The position numbers and the translations under genes are program-made. This document shows positions 43,287-53,855 of a DNA stretch of 64,000 nt, piece by piece. The DNA comes from Gammaproteobacteria bacterium (GTDB lineage: Bacteria > Pseudomonadota > Gammaproteobacteria > Ga0077554 > Ga007554): the NCBI GenBank assembly GCA_033717875.1, contig JADDKJ010000002.1:2820-66819 (forward strand). Reading direction: 5' to 3'. Position 1 is the first letter of the stretch, and every line of letters begins with the position of its first letter. The notes beneath the pieces are model-generated. The model saw only the letters and a list, made by a program, of their open reading frames with translations, made no database searches and had not been told where the DNA came from.

Positions 43287-46200
43287 TCAGGCCGCCCGTT
43301 CGGCGGCATGGCGGCCCGTCAGCCGCCGGACGTGGTCGAGCAATTCCTGCTCCTGATAGGGCTTGCCCAGATACTCGTTCACCCCGATGCGCAAGGCGTG
43401 TTCGCGGTGCTTGTCGCCGGTGCGCGAAGTGATCATGATGATGGGGATATGCTTCAAGCGTTCATCGTTGCGGATGGCGGAAGCCAGTTCGTAGCCGTCC
43501 ATGCGTGGCATTTCGATATCCAGCAGCATGATGTCGGGCAGATGGTGCTGCAATACCTCCAGCGCGTCCACGCCATCTTTTGCTACGAGCACTTGCATCT
43601 GGTTGCGTTCCAGCAGGCGTGAAGTGATCTTTCGCACCGTGATGGAGTCGTCCACCACCATGACAGTCACCGCTCCGGCGCCATGCACCTGGCTGCCCGA
43701 TACATTTTGCCGCGCCATCGGCGCTGGCGCATGACCGGCAACCGATCCCATGCGCAACAAAGCGGGGATATCCAGAATCAACGCCACGCCGCCATCGCCC
43801 ATAATGGTCGCGCCCATCACGCCCCGCACTTCGCTCAACTGTGGCCCCAGCGATTTGACGACGATTTCGCGGCTTTCCACGAATGCATCGATGCGCAACG
43901 CGGCGCGCTGACCGCCGCCATGAACCATCAGCAGCAGATGACGGTCATCTTGCCCCGGCGGCAAGAGAGACGCATCTTCACCCAGCAAATCACGCAACGC
44001 TCGCAATGGATAGGATACACCGCCGTATTCGATGGCCGGAGCCTCGCCGCGCCACGCCCGTTCCAGCGTGGCGCGGCTGACCCGCATGACACCGGCGATG
44101 CTGGAATGGGGAATGGCATACATTTGCTCAACGTCGCGGACGATCAGGGCCTTGGTGATGGACAGCGCGACAGGCAAGCGAATGGTGAAAACGCTGCCCT
44201 GCCCCGTCACGGATTCGATATACAAGCTGCCGCCGAGCTGTTTGATCTGGCTATTCACCACGTCCATGCCGACGCCACGGCCCGAGACCTGTGTCACTTG
44301 GCTGGCGGTGCTGAAGCCCGAGTCGAGCACGAATTGCATCAGACTTTGATCGTCGATCGCGGCGTTTTCCTGCAACAAGCCGCGCTCGATGGCTTTACGC
44401 CGAATCGCTGGCAAATTCAGACCGCGCCCGTCGTCGCTCAGGCGCAACACCATTTCCACGCCCTCCTTGCTCAACCTCAGCGTAAGCGAGCCCATATCGG
44501 GTTTACCCAAAGCATGACGATCGGCGGGACTTTCAATGCCATGATCGACGGCATTGCGCACCATGTGCTCCAGCGGCGCGATGATACGGTCGAGCACGGT
44601 GCGATCCATTTCAAGATCCGCGCCGGCAACATGCAGCCCGGCCTGTTTTCCCACGTCCCGCGCGGTCTGACGGACCACGCGCCGCAGCCGCGATACCACA
44701 CCGGCAAAGGGCAACATGCGGGTGCGCATCATGCCTTCCTGCAATTCGGTATTGAGCCGCGCCTGTTGCAGCAATATCACTTCGGAATCGCTGATCTGTT
44801 TGTCCAGGTGATCCTCGATGCTGACAAGGTCAGCGACCGACTCCATCATGCCGCGCGCCAATTGCTGCACCAGTGAATAACGGTCGAATTCCAGCGGATC
44901 GAATTCCTGGCCTTGCAAGCTCAGCTCTTGATGGCGGAACAGGACTTGCGCCTCGGTTTCGATGTCCAGCTTGCGCAATTGCTCGCGCATGCGCGCGACC
45001 GTCTGCTTCATTTCCGCGACGCCGCTACGGAAGGCATGAACCTGCTGTTCCAGGCGGGCGCGTGAAATGCTGAGCTCACCGCCCTGATTCACGAGATGAT
45101 CCAGCAGATCGGCACGCACGCGGATCTGTTCAGCGGCGGGTGTACGATCCAGCCACACCGGCTCGGCATCGCCTCCCGGGGACTCGTCGCCCTCCGCAAC
45201 GGAAGGCGATGATGCTTGCAAAACCACGGCGTCCGCCTCATCGATCTCGCTGGCGACAAGTGCGCCTTCCTCGCGATCATGCTGCGTTCCGGCATCTCTC
45301 TCCACCTCGATCACCGGAAGCGCGTCCGCGAGTTCTTCCGTGACGGAGGCCATGACCATTGACTGTTCCGAATCCATCGGAATATCTTGGCCGTCCTCCG
45401 TACCCGCCAAGGCTTCCAGGCGCAGAACAAAATCCTGGGCATCCCTGACGGGCTGGCGCATCATCGCCTGCTCCAGCATTTCCTGAAGACGGTCATAAGA
45501 TTGCTCGAATATCCCGAAAATATCATCCGTGACCGTGACCTGTCCGTTCGCAATGGCACGCAACAAGGATTCGAAACTGTGGCTGAGGTCGCCAAGCGCG
45601 GCGATGCCCGCGGTGCGTGCACTGCCCTTGAAGGTATGCAGTTCGCGTTCCAGTCTTGCCACTGCCTCCCGGTCGCCCGGCTCCCGCATCCAGCGCCGCA
45701 ACAGGGTTTCGATGTTACCCAGAATTTCCGCCGCCTCTTCCAGAAAGACCGCCAGTACCTCGTCCATGTCATTGCGTGGCGCCGCCCTGGCGGTCCTGTC
45801 CAGTTCTTCGGAGGTGGTCACCGACTGTTCCTCGTCAGCGATAAAATTCGCTGCCCGGCGCGTCAATCCAGCGATTCTTTCCAGCATCGCCGCCTTTTCC
45901 GGCGATTCGCCCAGAGGCTGCGCCAGTCCCAGTGTTTCATGAAACACGTCGACGAATTCGCTCAAGGCGCGCATCGCATCTTCCGTGACTTCGCCCTGGC
46001 CGCGATTGAGCAGAGTGACATAGTCCTCGAAGCAACCGCTCAAGTCGGCAATCTCCACAAACCCGGCCATGTGCGCACTGCCCTGCAAGGTGTGCAGGTT
46101 GCGCAACAGCGATTCCGTCACACGGCCTCGCCCCGCCGGGCTGCAAGCGTTGATGAAATTCCGCACTTCCGCCAAACGTCCTTGCGATTCGTGCTTGAAG

Positions 46201-48599
46201 ATCTCCAGCAGCACAGGATCGCTCTGCGGCGCGTGTTCGCTTGTGTCATCTGACGTTGCGATCCGCGGTTGTTCCATTTCATCGGCGGCGGAACGGGGCG
46301 GTACGCTCAATGCCTGCGCCTCGTCTATCAGCGCCTGGACAGTGCTGTCGATATCCGTCTCGCCTTTCGCGCATTGGAATTGCCGCAATAATCCAGGCAT
46401 TGCCGCATGCGCACGCGCCACCACATCGAATATCGCGGGGCCAGCCGGGATCTCACCGGCGATCACGGTATTCAGAAGATGTTCTATCGCCCACGCCACT
46501 TCGCCGATCACCTTCGCCCCGACCAGCCGTCCACTACCTTTCAGGGTATGAAACGAGCGGCGGATGGTCTTGAGCGCATCCTCGCTACCTTGCCGCCAGC
46601 GGGTATGATTTTCGGCGATCGATGTCAGCTCTTCGCCCGCTTCTTCAGCAAAGACCTCCATGACCTCATCCGCCATGTCTTCGTCCTGCCCGGGCACCGG
46701 AGCCGGCGCAGTATCGGCGGGCATGGACACAGTGACGCCTTCCACCACCGGCGCATCCGCGATGCTCTCCAGGGCGTGAGTCTCGATGATCACCATGGGT
46801 TGATCGACAACTTCCGGCGCTTGCACCGCGCATTCCGCGTTATCGGCAATGACGGCGGACTCTCCCTCGGAGCCGGAAACATCCGCGCCCCCATCATCCA
46901 TCGGTATATCGCCAACCACATCGATCGGATAACCCAGCGTCGCGACCTGCCCTTCCGCCATTTCGAGCAGCGAATCAAGATTCATCTGACTCTCGGCCAG
47001 TGTTTCGAGATAAAACTCGACACTGGTCAATACATCGGCCAGGGTATTGAGCACATCCTGGGAACAAGCCGTCTGGTTTGCGGATAGATCACGACGGAGA
47101 TAGTGGAAAATCGATTTCAACAGAGTGGCCGGACGCGGTAGCGATAGCACGATCAGAACACCTATGATACGCCGCAGCGTGGCAGGACATGAGGCGATCA
47201 GACCGTATTGCGCGGGCGCGCTGGCGAACGCCATGATGTCTTCCTTGACCCGAGTCATATCGGCCATGGTCTCGCGGATGACGGTGCAACGTATCTCGTG
47301 ATATTCAACTGCGCTTATCAGCGCGGCATTTTCCGAAAGCGCCTTATCCGGCGCGTCCGATGCCGAATCTTCCGGCATTGGAACATCGCGCAGCAACGAT
47401 TGCACATAGACCAGGGCATTGGCCACTTCCACCAGGCGTGGATCGTTGAGTATCGTTCCTTCTTCGATAACCGTGTCGATCACCCCGGTTTGCTGGCGCA
47501 CCCGCTGGCGCAATTCCCAGCGGCCCAGCATATCGAACGTGTTCGATACTCGCTTCAACACATCCGCGATGGAGCGCAAATCCCGGGGCGTGTGCCGCCC
47601 GCCGGCGCGTGCAAACTCATCCAGCTTATCCTTCGCCCATGCCAGCTCTTCCTTGACGGCATCGGCGGCCATCTCCAGCAAGATGGGATTCGCGGCAGCC
47701 GGGCTGTCGCCTTGCCCCGGCGAAGATTGCCCGGCAACAGCCATCGCTCCTTCCATGGCCGGCGCGCTTTTTGTATCGGCATAGGCGATGTAATAAAGAA
47801 GATTCTTGATGAGCTCCGCCGGGGGATGGTCACGCAGATCCTGGGCGCCGGAAGCGGCAACCCGGCCAATCTGCCGCTCCACCTGTCCCAGCAGCAGCTT
47901 GATGGCGGGATTGACTTCGAGTGCATCCTTGAGGAGTCTTTCGATCAACCCCTCGGCCACCATCCACAGCCCCTCTTCCGGGCAAGACTGCTGAAGTTGC
48001 GTGACCACTTGCATCAGCCGCCGCAAGGCCGCCTTGTTGCCGGAATCCCGGTACCATACCAGCAAGCCGGCCTGATATACCGGCCGCAGGCGCTGCGCCA
48101 GGACCGTCATATCGTCCGCGACCGCATCTTCCGTTTCGGGATGGCTCGGGTTGATAACAGAGAGGGCATCCGGCCCGAACACCATGCTCTCGGAGAGCGG
48201 CGGCATACCCGCCGCCACGCGCAGATCATTGATCAATGGGAGGAGAGTTTTCGGAGTGTCATGGCGCCCTTCTTGCAGCCGCGCCACAGACTCGCTCAAG
48301 CTTGTGATCGCCCGAGCCAGGGTCTCATAAGCCCATGTCTTGCACTTGCTGCTGTCCCTGCCCATCGCTGAAACAGCATGTCCCGTCGCTTCCGCAAGCG
48401 CCGCAAGACCCGTGAGATCCAGCATCTTCAGCGCACCGTGAACCTCATGCAACAGCGCAACACAAGATTGCACTTGCGCGTCATCGCCAGAACACAGGCA
48501 AAATGTTTCCAGCACATGACGCGCCTGTTGCAGATTCACATCGATCTCGCCCTTGACCCATTTCAGGGCGTTATAGTCCATCTGATCGGTCGCTATCAT
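43287..48599 (-). CDS. chpA: ChpA/PilL-like hybrid CheA histidine kinase with multiple Hpt domains and C-terminal receiver
   Basis: 1770 aa. At least four Hpt-like HxxKG motifs (HEVHGALKML, FHTLKGSGRL, LHTLQGSAHM, LHTFKGSART), a CheA dimerisation/HATPase_c core (GRGVGMDVV...GQGSVFTIRLP), a CheW-like domain, and a C-terminal REC domain (VMVVDDSITVRK...LLDIEMPRMDG...KPY). Confidence 0.9.
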   Translation of the reverse strand: MIATDQMDYNALKWVKGEIDVNLQQARHVLETFCLCSGDDAQVQSCVALLHEVHGALKMLDLTGLAALAEATGHAVSAMGRDSSKCKTWAYETLARAITSLSESVARLQEGRHDTPKTLLPLINDLRVAAGMPPLSESMVFGPDALSVINPSHPETEDAVADDMTVLAQRLRPVYQAGLLVWYRDSGNKAALRRLMQVVTQLQQSCPEEGLWMVAEGLIERLLKDALEVNPAIKLLLGQVERQIGRVAASGAQDLRDHPPAELIKNLLYYIAYADTKSAPAMEGAMAVAGQSSPGQGDSPAAANPILLEMAADAVKEELAWAKDKLDEFARAGGRHTPRDLRSIADVLKRVSNTFDMLGRWELRQRVRQQTGVIDTVIEEGTILNDPRLVEVANALVYVQSLLRDVPMPEDSASDAPDKALSENAALISAVEYHEIRCTVIRETMADMTRVKEDIMAFASAPAQYGLIASCPATLRRIIGVLIVLSLPRPATLLKSIFHYLRRDLSANQTACSQDVLNTLADVLTSVEFYLETLAESQMNLDSLLEMAEGQVATLGYPIDVVGDIPMDDGGADVSGSEGESAVIADNAECAVQAPEVVDQPMVIIETHALESIADAPVVEGVTVSMPADTAPAPVPGQDEDMADEVMEVFAEEAGEELTSIAENHTRWRQGSEDALKTIRRSFHTLKGSGRLVGAKVIGEVAWAIEHLLNTVIAGEIPAGPAIFDVVARAHAAMPGLLRQFQCAKGETDIDSTVQALIDEAQALSVPPRSAADEMEQPRIATSDDTSEHAPQSDPVLLEIFKHESQGRLAEVRNFINACSPAGRGRVTESLLRNLHTLQGSAHMAGFVEIADLSGCFEDYVTLLNRGQGEVTEDAMRALSEFVDVFHETLGLAQPLGESPEKAAMLERIAGLTRRAANFIADEEQSVTTSEELDRTARAAPRNDMDEVLAVFLEEAAEILGNIETLLRRWMREPGDREAVARLERELHTFKGSARTAGIAALGDLSHSFESLLRAIANGQVTVTDDIFGIFEQSYDRLQEMLEQAMMRQPVRDAQDFVLRLEALAGTEDGQDIPMDSEQSMVMASVTEELADALPVIEVERDAGTQHDREEGALVASEIDEADAVVLQASSPSVAEGDESPGGDAEPVWLDRTPAAEQIRVRADLLDHLVNQGGELSISRARLEQQVHAFRSGVAEMKQTVARMREQLRKLDIETEAQVLFRHQELSLQGQEFDPLEFDRYSLVQQLARGMMESVADLVSIEDHLDKQISDSEVILLQQARLNTELQEGMMRTRMLPFAGVVSRLRRVVRQTARDVGKQAGLHVAGADLEMDRTVLDRIIAPLEHMVRNAVDHGIESPADRHALGKPDMGSLTLRLSKEGVEMVLRLSDDGRGLNLPAIRRKAIERGLLQENAAIDDQSLMQFVLDSGFSTASQVTQVSGRGVGMDVVNSQIKQLGGSLYIESVTGQGSVFTIRLPVALSITKALIVRDVEQMYAIPHSSIAGVMRVSRATLERAWRGEAPAIEYGGVSYPLRALRDLLGEDASLLPPGQDDRHLLLMVHGGGQRAALRIDAFVESREIVVKSLGPQLSEVRGVMGATIMGDGGVALILDIPALLRMGSVAGHAPAPMARQNVSGSQVHGAGAVTVMVVDDSITVRKITSRLLERNQMQVLVAKDGVDALEVLQHHLPDIMLLDIEMPRMDGYELASAIRNDERLKHIPIIMITSRTGDKHREHALRIGVNEYLGKPYQEQELLDHVRRLTGRHAAERAA

Positions 48600-48630
48600 G
48601 CCGTTGTCACCTGTTCATGATCCAATGCGC

Positions 48631-48784
48631 CTCTGAGAATCGGTTCAAGATCTCGATCAAGGGATGCAGCGCAAGGCGAAAGTGGCCGAAAAAGCGGAGC
48701 ATACACGGAGTATGTGAGCATTTTGAGGACACTTTCAACGCCGCGATGCGCCCTTCAGCGAGATCTTGAACAGGTTCTGAGAGG
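48631..48784. mobile_element. Repeat family D: about 155-bp long imperfect-palindrome element (MITE-like) in pilJ-chpA spacer
   Basis: CTCTGAGAATCGGTTCAAGATCTCGATCAAGG...CGAAAAAGCGGAGCATACACGGAGT...CATTTTGAGGACACTTTCAACGCCGCGATGCG...CAGCGAGATCTTGAACAGGTTCTGAGAGG. About 55-bp imperfect terminal inverted repeats. A second copy at 55201-55356 shares the central core. Confidence 0.65.
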
Positions 48785-48803
48785 CTAATGAGAACCTTGC
48801 CAT

Positions 48804-50576
48804 CTACGCTGGCAATTTAAAGCCCGCCACCGAGCTCTTGAGCTGACCGGCCATGATGGTCAATTCGCCGATCGAGTTTGCCGCCTGCCGGGTTCCAAGC
48901 GAGGTTTGCGTGGTGACATTCTGTATCGTCTTCATGGTATCAGCCACGCTGTTGGCGATCACCGTCTGCTGCTGGGCAGCGCCGGAGATGTCGTCGATCA
49001 GGTGAGCAAGATCCGTGGAAACGTTTTCGATTTCACCCAGCGCTTGACCCGCCGCTTGAGCCAGGCGGGTACCACTCACCACACCGGCGGTACTCTTCTC
49101 CATAGAGATAACCGCTTCGTTGGTGTCGGTCTGAATGGTTTTCACCAGCGTGGCGATCTGCTTGGTGGAGTTCGCCACACGTTCCGAGAGACGCTGCACC
49201 TCGTCGGCAACCACCGCGAAGCCGCGCCCCGCTTCACCGGCCATCGCCGCCTGAATCGAGGCATTCAAGGCCAGGATGTTGGTCTGGTCGGCGATGTCGT
49301 TGATCAGGCCGACGATTTCACCGATCTCCTGTGAGCTTTCGCCCAGCCGCTTGATACGTTTCGACGTTTCCTGAATCTGCTCGCGAATCGCCTCCATGCC
49401 GGCGATGGTATCCTGCACCGTTTGCGAACCCTTCTTGGCGATATCCACCGACTTTTCCGCCACCGCCGTCGATTGAGCGGCGTTGGCCGACACACGCTCG
49501 CTGGACTTGGTCATTTCATAAATCGCCACGCCCGCGGTTTCAATCTCCTGCGCCTGCAGGTCACTGGCCTCGGTCAACCGGACGGCAGTGGATTGCGTTT
49601 CCGCGGCAGCGGTGGAAACTTTCAGCGCCGTGTCATTGATTGATCCCACCACACCGCGCAACGTTTCGATGGCATAGCCCAGCGAATCGGCGATGGCGCC
49701 GGTGAAATCCTCGGTCACGAGAGGTTTCTTGGTCAAATCACCATCCGCCAGATCGCCCACCTCGTCGAGCAAGCGTAGAATCGCATCCTGGTTGCGGCGG
49801 TTCTGTTGTTCGGCCTCGGCCAGCATGGTGTTCACCTTGTTGACGGCCTGATTGACGCCACGCCGGATAGGAAACGCCAAGGCGAAGGTGATCACCAGAG
49901 CCGCGATCACCACGATGACAAAAATCATACTGCTGCGAGCAAAGGCTTCTTGCGCCTCTTGCTTGTCCTTCTCAAGATTATTGGTAATATGAGCATCCAT
50001 GCTTTTGATCAATGTCTCCATCTGCTCCGTAGAGGCACGGTCCTGCCCCTTCACCAGATCATCCACAAGACGGGCGCTTTCGCCGGCGCGGGCCTGATCA
50101 TACCCCTTCAATGCCTCCTTATAGCGAGCCCCCAGCTCCGCGTGTTTCTTCAACAACGCATCCACCTGCTCGACATCAAGCCCTGGCTGCTGCGTCATCA
50201 CCTGCCGTAATTCCTTGAGATTCGATTGCACCTTCGCTTCTTCCTTCTCGAAAGCACCAAGGTGATTGGCATAACGTTCTGGATCACCCCCCCAGAGCAG
50301 GATATCCTTCCACTCCTGAATTTGCTTCTTGAACGTTATTTCAGCCCCCTGCGCAAGCTTGACCATCTTGAGATCCTGCTCCGCGTCATTAACGGTCCGG
50401 GCAACAAGCGCTTGCTCCTTGTAGGTACTGTAAAACCCGAATGCTCCGATACTCACAATCGCCAGCGACATCAGCCCCACCAGTAACCACAGCAGTGTGT
50501 TAACGCCCATGTTCCTGAACGCATCGAGGCCACGGAACCCGCCCGCGCCGATAGTTTTAAGACCACTCATTTTCAT
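48804..50576 (-). CDS. pilJ: Methyl-accepting chemotaxis protein (PilJ-like)
   Basis: 590 aa. Two TM segments with periplasmic domain, HAMP, and highly conserved MCP signalling hairpin (DQTNILALNASIQAAMAGEAGRGFAVVADEVQRLSERV). Confidence 0.9.
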   Translation of the reverse strand: MKMSGLKTIGAGGFRGLDAFRNMGVNTLLWLLVGLMSLAIVSIGAFGFYSTYKEQALVARTVNDAEQDLKMVKLAQGAEITFKKQIQEWKDILLWGGDPERYANHLGAFEKEEAKVQSNLKELRQVMTQQPGLDVEQVDALLKKHAELGARYKEALKGYDQARAGESARLVDDLVKGQDRASTEQMETLIKSMDAHITNNLEKDKQEAQEAFARSSMIFVIVVIAALVITFALAFPIRRGVNQAVNKVNTMLAEAEQQNRRNQDAILRLLDEVGDLADGDLTKKPLVTEDFTGAIADSLGYAIETLRGVVGSINDTALKVSTAAAETQSTAVRLTEASDLQAQEIETAGVAIYEMTKSSERVSANAAQSTAVAEKSVDIAKKGSQTVQDTIAGMEAIREQIQETSKRIKRLGESSQEIGEIVGLINDIADQTNILALNASIQAAMAGEAGRGFAVVADEVQRLSERVANSTKQIATLVKTIQTDTNEAVISMEKSTAGVVSGTRLAQAAGQALGEIENVSTDLAHLIDDISGAAQQQTVIANSVADTMKTIQNVTTQTSLGTRQAANSIGELTIMAGQLKSSVAGFKLPA

Positions 50577-50621
50577 ATCCTTTATCCTCTACAGCCTAAA
50601 CACAACACAATAACCCCCGGT

Positions 50622-51182
50622 TCATTGCGCCGCATGCATGAATTCCGGCTCCACCAGCAATTTACGGGCATCGAACACCAACCATACATCGCGGTCTTTG
50701 CGATAGGCGAACGGCCGCACATAGTTCATCACGCCCCCCGATTCCAGCGTCGGCAGCGGACAGCGATCCTCGTCAAGGAAATGTCTTTGCCCAAGCACTT
50801 CGTCGACCAGAATTCCAACCGACAACATGCCGTGCCTGAGAACGAGAATGCGCGCGGCTCGTAGCGAAGGTGTTTTTTCCCCGCCAAGATATACACTCAG
50901 ATCAATGATGGGCAGCAAATGCCCACGCACATTGGCGATCCCCTTCAACCATGCCTTGGTTCGTGGCACCGGCGTGTATGGAGGGCAGTCCATAACCTCC
51001 GCTATATCATGCAGCGAAGCCGCCAGAAGATTGCTGTCCAGCTTGAAGACAACTCCCGCCCATTCCGGCTTCCTTTCCTCTTCTCTCGGAAGTTCAGCGC
51101 CGGATGCGAGACTGCGCCGCTCGATGTCGCGCAGCAGCCCGAACGGCGTCTCATCGGCGCTCAACGACGTCATGCGTTTCAT
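50622..51182 (-). CDS. pilI: CheW-like protein PilI
   Basis: 186 aa. CheW-domain pattern (AGVVFKLDSNLLAASLHDIAEVMDCPPYTPVPRTKAWLKGIANVRGHLLPIIDL). Between pilH and pilJ. Confidence 0.8.
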   Translation of the reverse strand: MKRMTSLSADETPFGLLRDIERRSLASGAELPREEERKPEWAGVVFKLDSNLLAASLHDIAEVMDCPPYTPVPRTKAWLKGIANVRGHLLPIIDLSVYLGGEKTPSLRAARILVLRHGMLSVGILVDEVLGQRHFLDEDRCPLPTLESGGVMNYVRPFAYRKDRDVWLVFDARKLLVEPEFMHAAQ

Positions 51183-51544
51183 CTCCCCATCACGGTTTTG
51201 ACCTTGCTCATCAGCTCCGATTCATCGACCGGCTTGGTGACATAATCCTTGGCACCCTGGCGCAAGCCCCACACCTTGTCGGTTTCCTGATTCTTGGTGG
51301 TGACGATGATGACCGGAATGGCGGCGGTCTCCGGGTCCTTGGTGATCTGCCGGGTGGCCTGAAACCCATTGAGCCCCGGCATCACCACGTCCATCAGAAT
51401 CAGATCCGGTTTTTCCGTCTTGGATTTGGCGATGCCTTCCTCTCCGCTGCTGGCGGCCACCGTCTGATAGCCATTCTTCTCCAGCATGCCTTTCAGCACA
51501 TACGCCTCCGTGGGTGAATCATCCACAATCAATACACGAGCCAT
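51179..51544 (-). CDS. pilH: Single-domain response regulator PilH
   Basis: 121 aa CheY-like. DDSPTE, phospho-acceptor LILMDVVMPGLNG, KP motif. Confidence 0.85.
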   Translation of the reverse strand: MARVLIVDDSPTEAYVLKGMLEKNGYQTVAASSGEEGIAKSKTEKPDLILMDVVMPGLNGFQATRQITKDPETAAIPVIIVTTKNQETDKVWGLRQGAKDYVTKPVDESELMSKVKTVMGR

Positions 51545-51559
51545 TTTTGCTCCTCCTCG

Positions 51560-52039
51560 TTACAATCCCGTCAACACAAGTTCTTCACCTTCAATACCGG
51601 CCTGCTCCGCCGTGCCCTGCCCGCGACGAACATGGCGCTTGACCGCTTCCAGCAACTCCTCACCGGTGAAAGGTTTGGTCAAATACTCTTCCGCGCCGAC
51701 CAGCCGCCCCTTCGCCTTGTCGAACAACCCATCCTTGCTGGACAGCATGATCAGCGGCGTGCGTTGAAAAACGAGATTGTGTTTGATCAAGGCGCAGGTC
51801 TGATAACCATCCAGGCGCGGCATCATGATGTCGCAAAAAATGATGTCGGGGGCATGATCGACGATCTTCGCCAGCGACTCGAAGCCATCGCTCGCGGCAA
51901 TCACCTCGCACCCCGCCTTTTGCAAAATGATCTCCGCCGTGCGGCGTATCGTCTTGCTGTCATCGATCACCATCACCTTGACGCCAGTAAAGCTGTACTC
52001 GCCGGCATTGCTTTCCATCATCATGTAACCCCTTTTCAT
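51560..52039 (-). CDS. pilG: Single-domain response regulator PilG (with short C-terminal extension)
   Basis: 159 aa CheY-like. VMVIDDSKTIR, IIFCDIMMPRLDG, LSSKDG, TKPF. Exact start among MKRGYMMMES is uncertain. Confidence 0.85.
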   Translation of the reverse strand: MKRGYMMMESNAGEYSFTGVKVMVIDDSKTIRRTAEIILQKAGCEVIAASDGFESLAKIVDHAPDIIFCDIMMPRLDGYQTCALIKHNLVFQRTPLIMLSSKDGLFDKAKGRLVGAEEYLTKPFTGEELLEAVKRHVRRGQGTAEQAGIEGEELVLTGL

Positions 52040-52241
52040 CGCTTGAAACGCGATTTGCTCCGCTCTTGTATCGGCAGAAAGGAAGAGATCTTTAAAGCGT
52101 GCCGACGAACAACGCGGCCGTCCGATGCGCGAAGCAATATGGGGTGTGGAAGAACGACTGCCCGCAGAGGGGGGCGTCGTGAAGGAAGGGGGAGTAAAAG
52201 TCCGCGAAGAGCCCTCCTTGGCTCCCCCGGCAGAAGGACCT

Positions 52242-52736
52242 TTAATGCGCCGGCTTGTGCATCAATCGGTCGGTATAAGCCATCGCCACAGCGGAAGCGA
52301 CGAACGTCAGATGGATGATCACCTGCCACATCATGGTTTTTTCCTCCAGGTGCGGGGCGTTGATGAAGGTCTTGAGCAGGTGGATGGAAGAGATGCCGAT
52401 CAGCGCCATCGACAGCTTGATCTTCATGGTGCTGGCATTGACGTGGCTCAGCCATTCGGGGTGATCGGGATGGCCTTCCTTGTAGAGGCGGGAGACGAAG
52501 GTTTCATAACCGCCGATGATCACCATGATCAGCAGATTGGCGATCATCACCACGTCGATCAGACCGAGCACGATGAGCATGATCTCGGTTTCGCCGATGG
52601 TCACTGCCTTGTGCACCAGATGCCACAGTTCCACCATGAAGTGAAAGACATACACCCCCTGGGCGACGATCAGCCCGAGGTAGAGCGGCGCTTGCAGCCA
52701 GCGGCTCCAGAAAACCAGGTTTCTCAGGACCGTCAT
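52242..52736 (-). CDS. yqhA: UPF0114/YqhA family inner-membrane protein
   Basis: ORF 52242..52826(-). From Met 52736, [24 protein letters not shown]...[14 protein letters not shown]...[23 protein letters not shown] parallels E. coli YqhA. Start is uncertain. Confidence 0.7.
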   Translation of the reverse strand: MTVLRNLVFWSRWLQAPLYLGLIVAQGVYVFHFMVELWHLVHKAVTIGETEIMLIVLGLIDVVMIANLLIMVIIGGYETFVSRLYKEGHPDHPEWLSHVNASTMKIKLSMALIGISSIHLLKTFINAPHLEEKTMMWQVIIHLTFVASAVAMAYTDRLMHKPAH

Positions 52737-52844
52737 GGAGCGGCGTTCGGGCACAACGGCAGACGTTGAATCAGGCGAAGGTGAATTGTTAGCCATGCGA
52801 TTTTTCCATACGAAAACGATTGACAAAACCTGTTAATGATACCA

Positions 52845-53855
52845 TCATCCCGTCCCCTTTGTTTTCGCCGCCATCTCCAGCGCGGCCTGGATAGCGGCCT
52901 CAAGACTGCCGCTATCAACCTTGCCAGTCCCGGCAAGATCCAGCGCCGTGCCATGATCCACCGAAGTGCGGATGATGGGCAGGCCAAGGGTGATATTGAT
53001 CGCGCGGCCGAACCCGGCGTGCTTGAGCACCGGCAGGCCCTGGTCGTGATACATCGCCAGCACCGCATCGGCGGCGTGCAGGTATTTGGGGATGAACAGG
53101 GTATCGGCGGGCAACGGGCCGACGAGGCGCATGTCCTCGGTGCGCAACCGCTCCAGCACCGGCGCGATGATCTCTTCGTCTTCCCCGCCCAGATGACCGC
53201 CCTCGCCGGCGTGAGGGTTGAGGCCGCACACCAGAATGCGGGGCACGGCGATGCCGAAGTGTCTTTGCAGATCACCATGCAGCATGCGCAGCACGCTTTC
53301 CAGCAGCGGCGCAGTGATGGCGTCGGCCACTTGCCGCAATGGCAGGTGGGTGGTGGCCAGCGCCACACGCAGCCCCGGTATCGCCAGCATCATCACCACC
53401 TGCGGCGATTGCGTCAGCTCGGCGAGAAACTCGGTATGGCCGGTAAACGGCATGCCCGCCTGGTTGATCACGCTCTTTTGCACCGGCCCGGTTACCAGCG
53501 CATCGCACTGCCCGGCGAGGCAGGCGTGGGTAGCCGCGCGCAGCGTTTCGAGCACATACGCCGCATTGCCGGTGTCAAGCCGGCCGCAAACGGCGGGGTT
53601 GGCGAGCGGCACCCGCAAGATCTTGAGTGTGCCCGGCTGATGGGCTTCGGGAGGATGCGCGGGATCGAACTCCTCCAATCGCAACGGCAAACCCAGCAAG
53701 CGGGCGCGCGATAGCAACAGCTCACCATCGGCCACCGCGACCAGCTCGGCGGCATACGCCTGCTGGGCAATCCGCACGCACAGGTCGGGGCCGATGCCGG
53801 CCGGTTCTCCGGGAGTGATTGCGAGACGAGGAAGCATGGCTGGCTCGGAGACCAC
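52845..53855 (-). CDS. pdxA: 4-hydroxythreonine-4-phosphate dehydrogenase
   Basis: 336 aa. [34 protein letters not shown] motifs. Overlaps the surA stop. Confidence 0.9.
   Translation of the reverse strand: MVSEPAMLPRLAITPGEPAGIGPDLCVRIAQQAYAAELVAVADGELLLSRARLLGLPLRLEEFDPAHPPEAHQPGTLKILRVPLANPAVCGRLDTGNAAYVLETLRAATHACLAGQCDALVTGPVQKSVINQAGMPFTGHTEFLAELTQSPQVVMMLAIPGLRVALATTHLPLRQVADAITAPLLESVLRMLHGDLQRHFGIAVPRILVCGLNPHAGEGGHLGGEDEEIIAPVLERLRTEDMRLVGPLPADTLFIPKYLHAADAVLAMYHDQGLPVLKHAGFGRAINITLGLPIIRTSVDHGTALDLAGTGKVDSGSLEAAIQAALEMAAKTKGTG

Noticed and set aside
43683-48371. Long plus-strand ORFs (397 aa, 387 aa, 288 aa) inside the chpA region
   Set aside because: All antisense to the 1770-aa ChpA frame, which carries unambiguous Hpt/HATPase/CheW/REC motifs.
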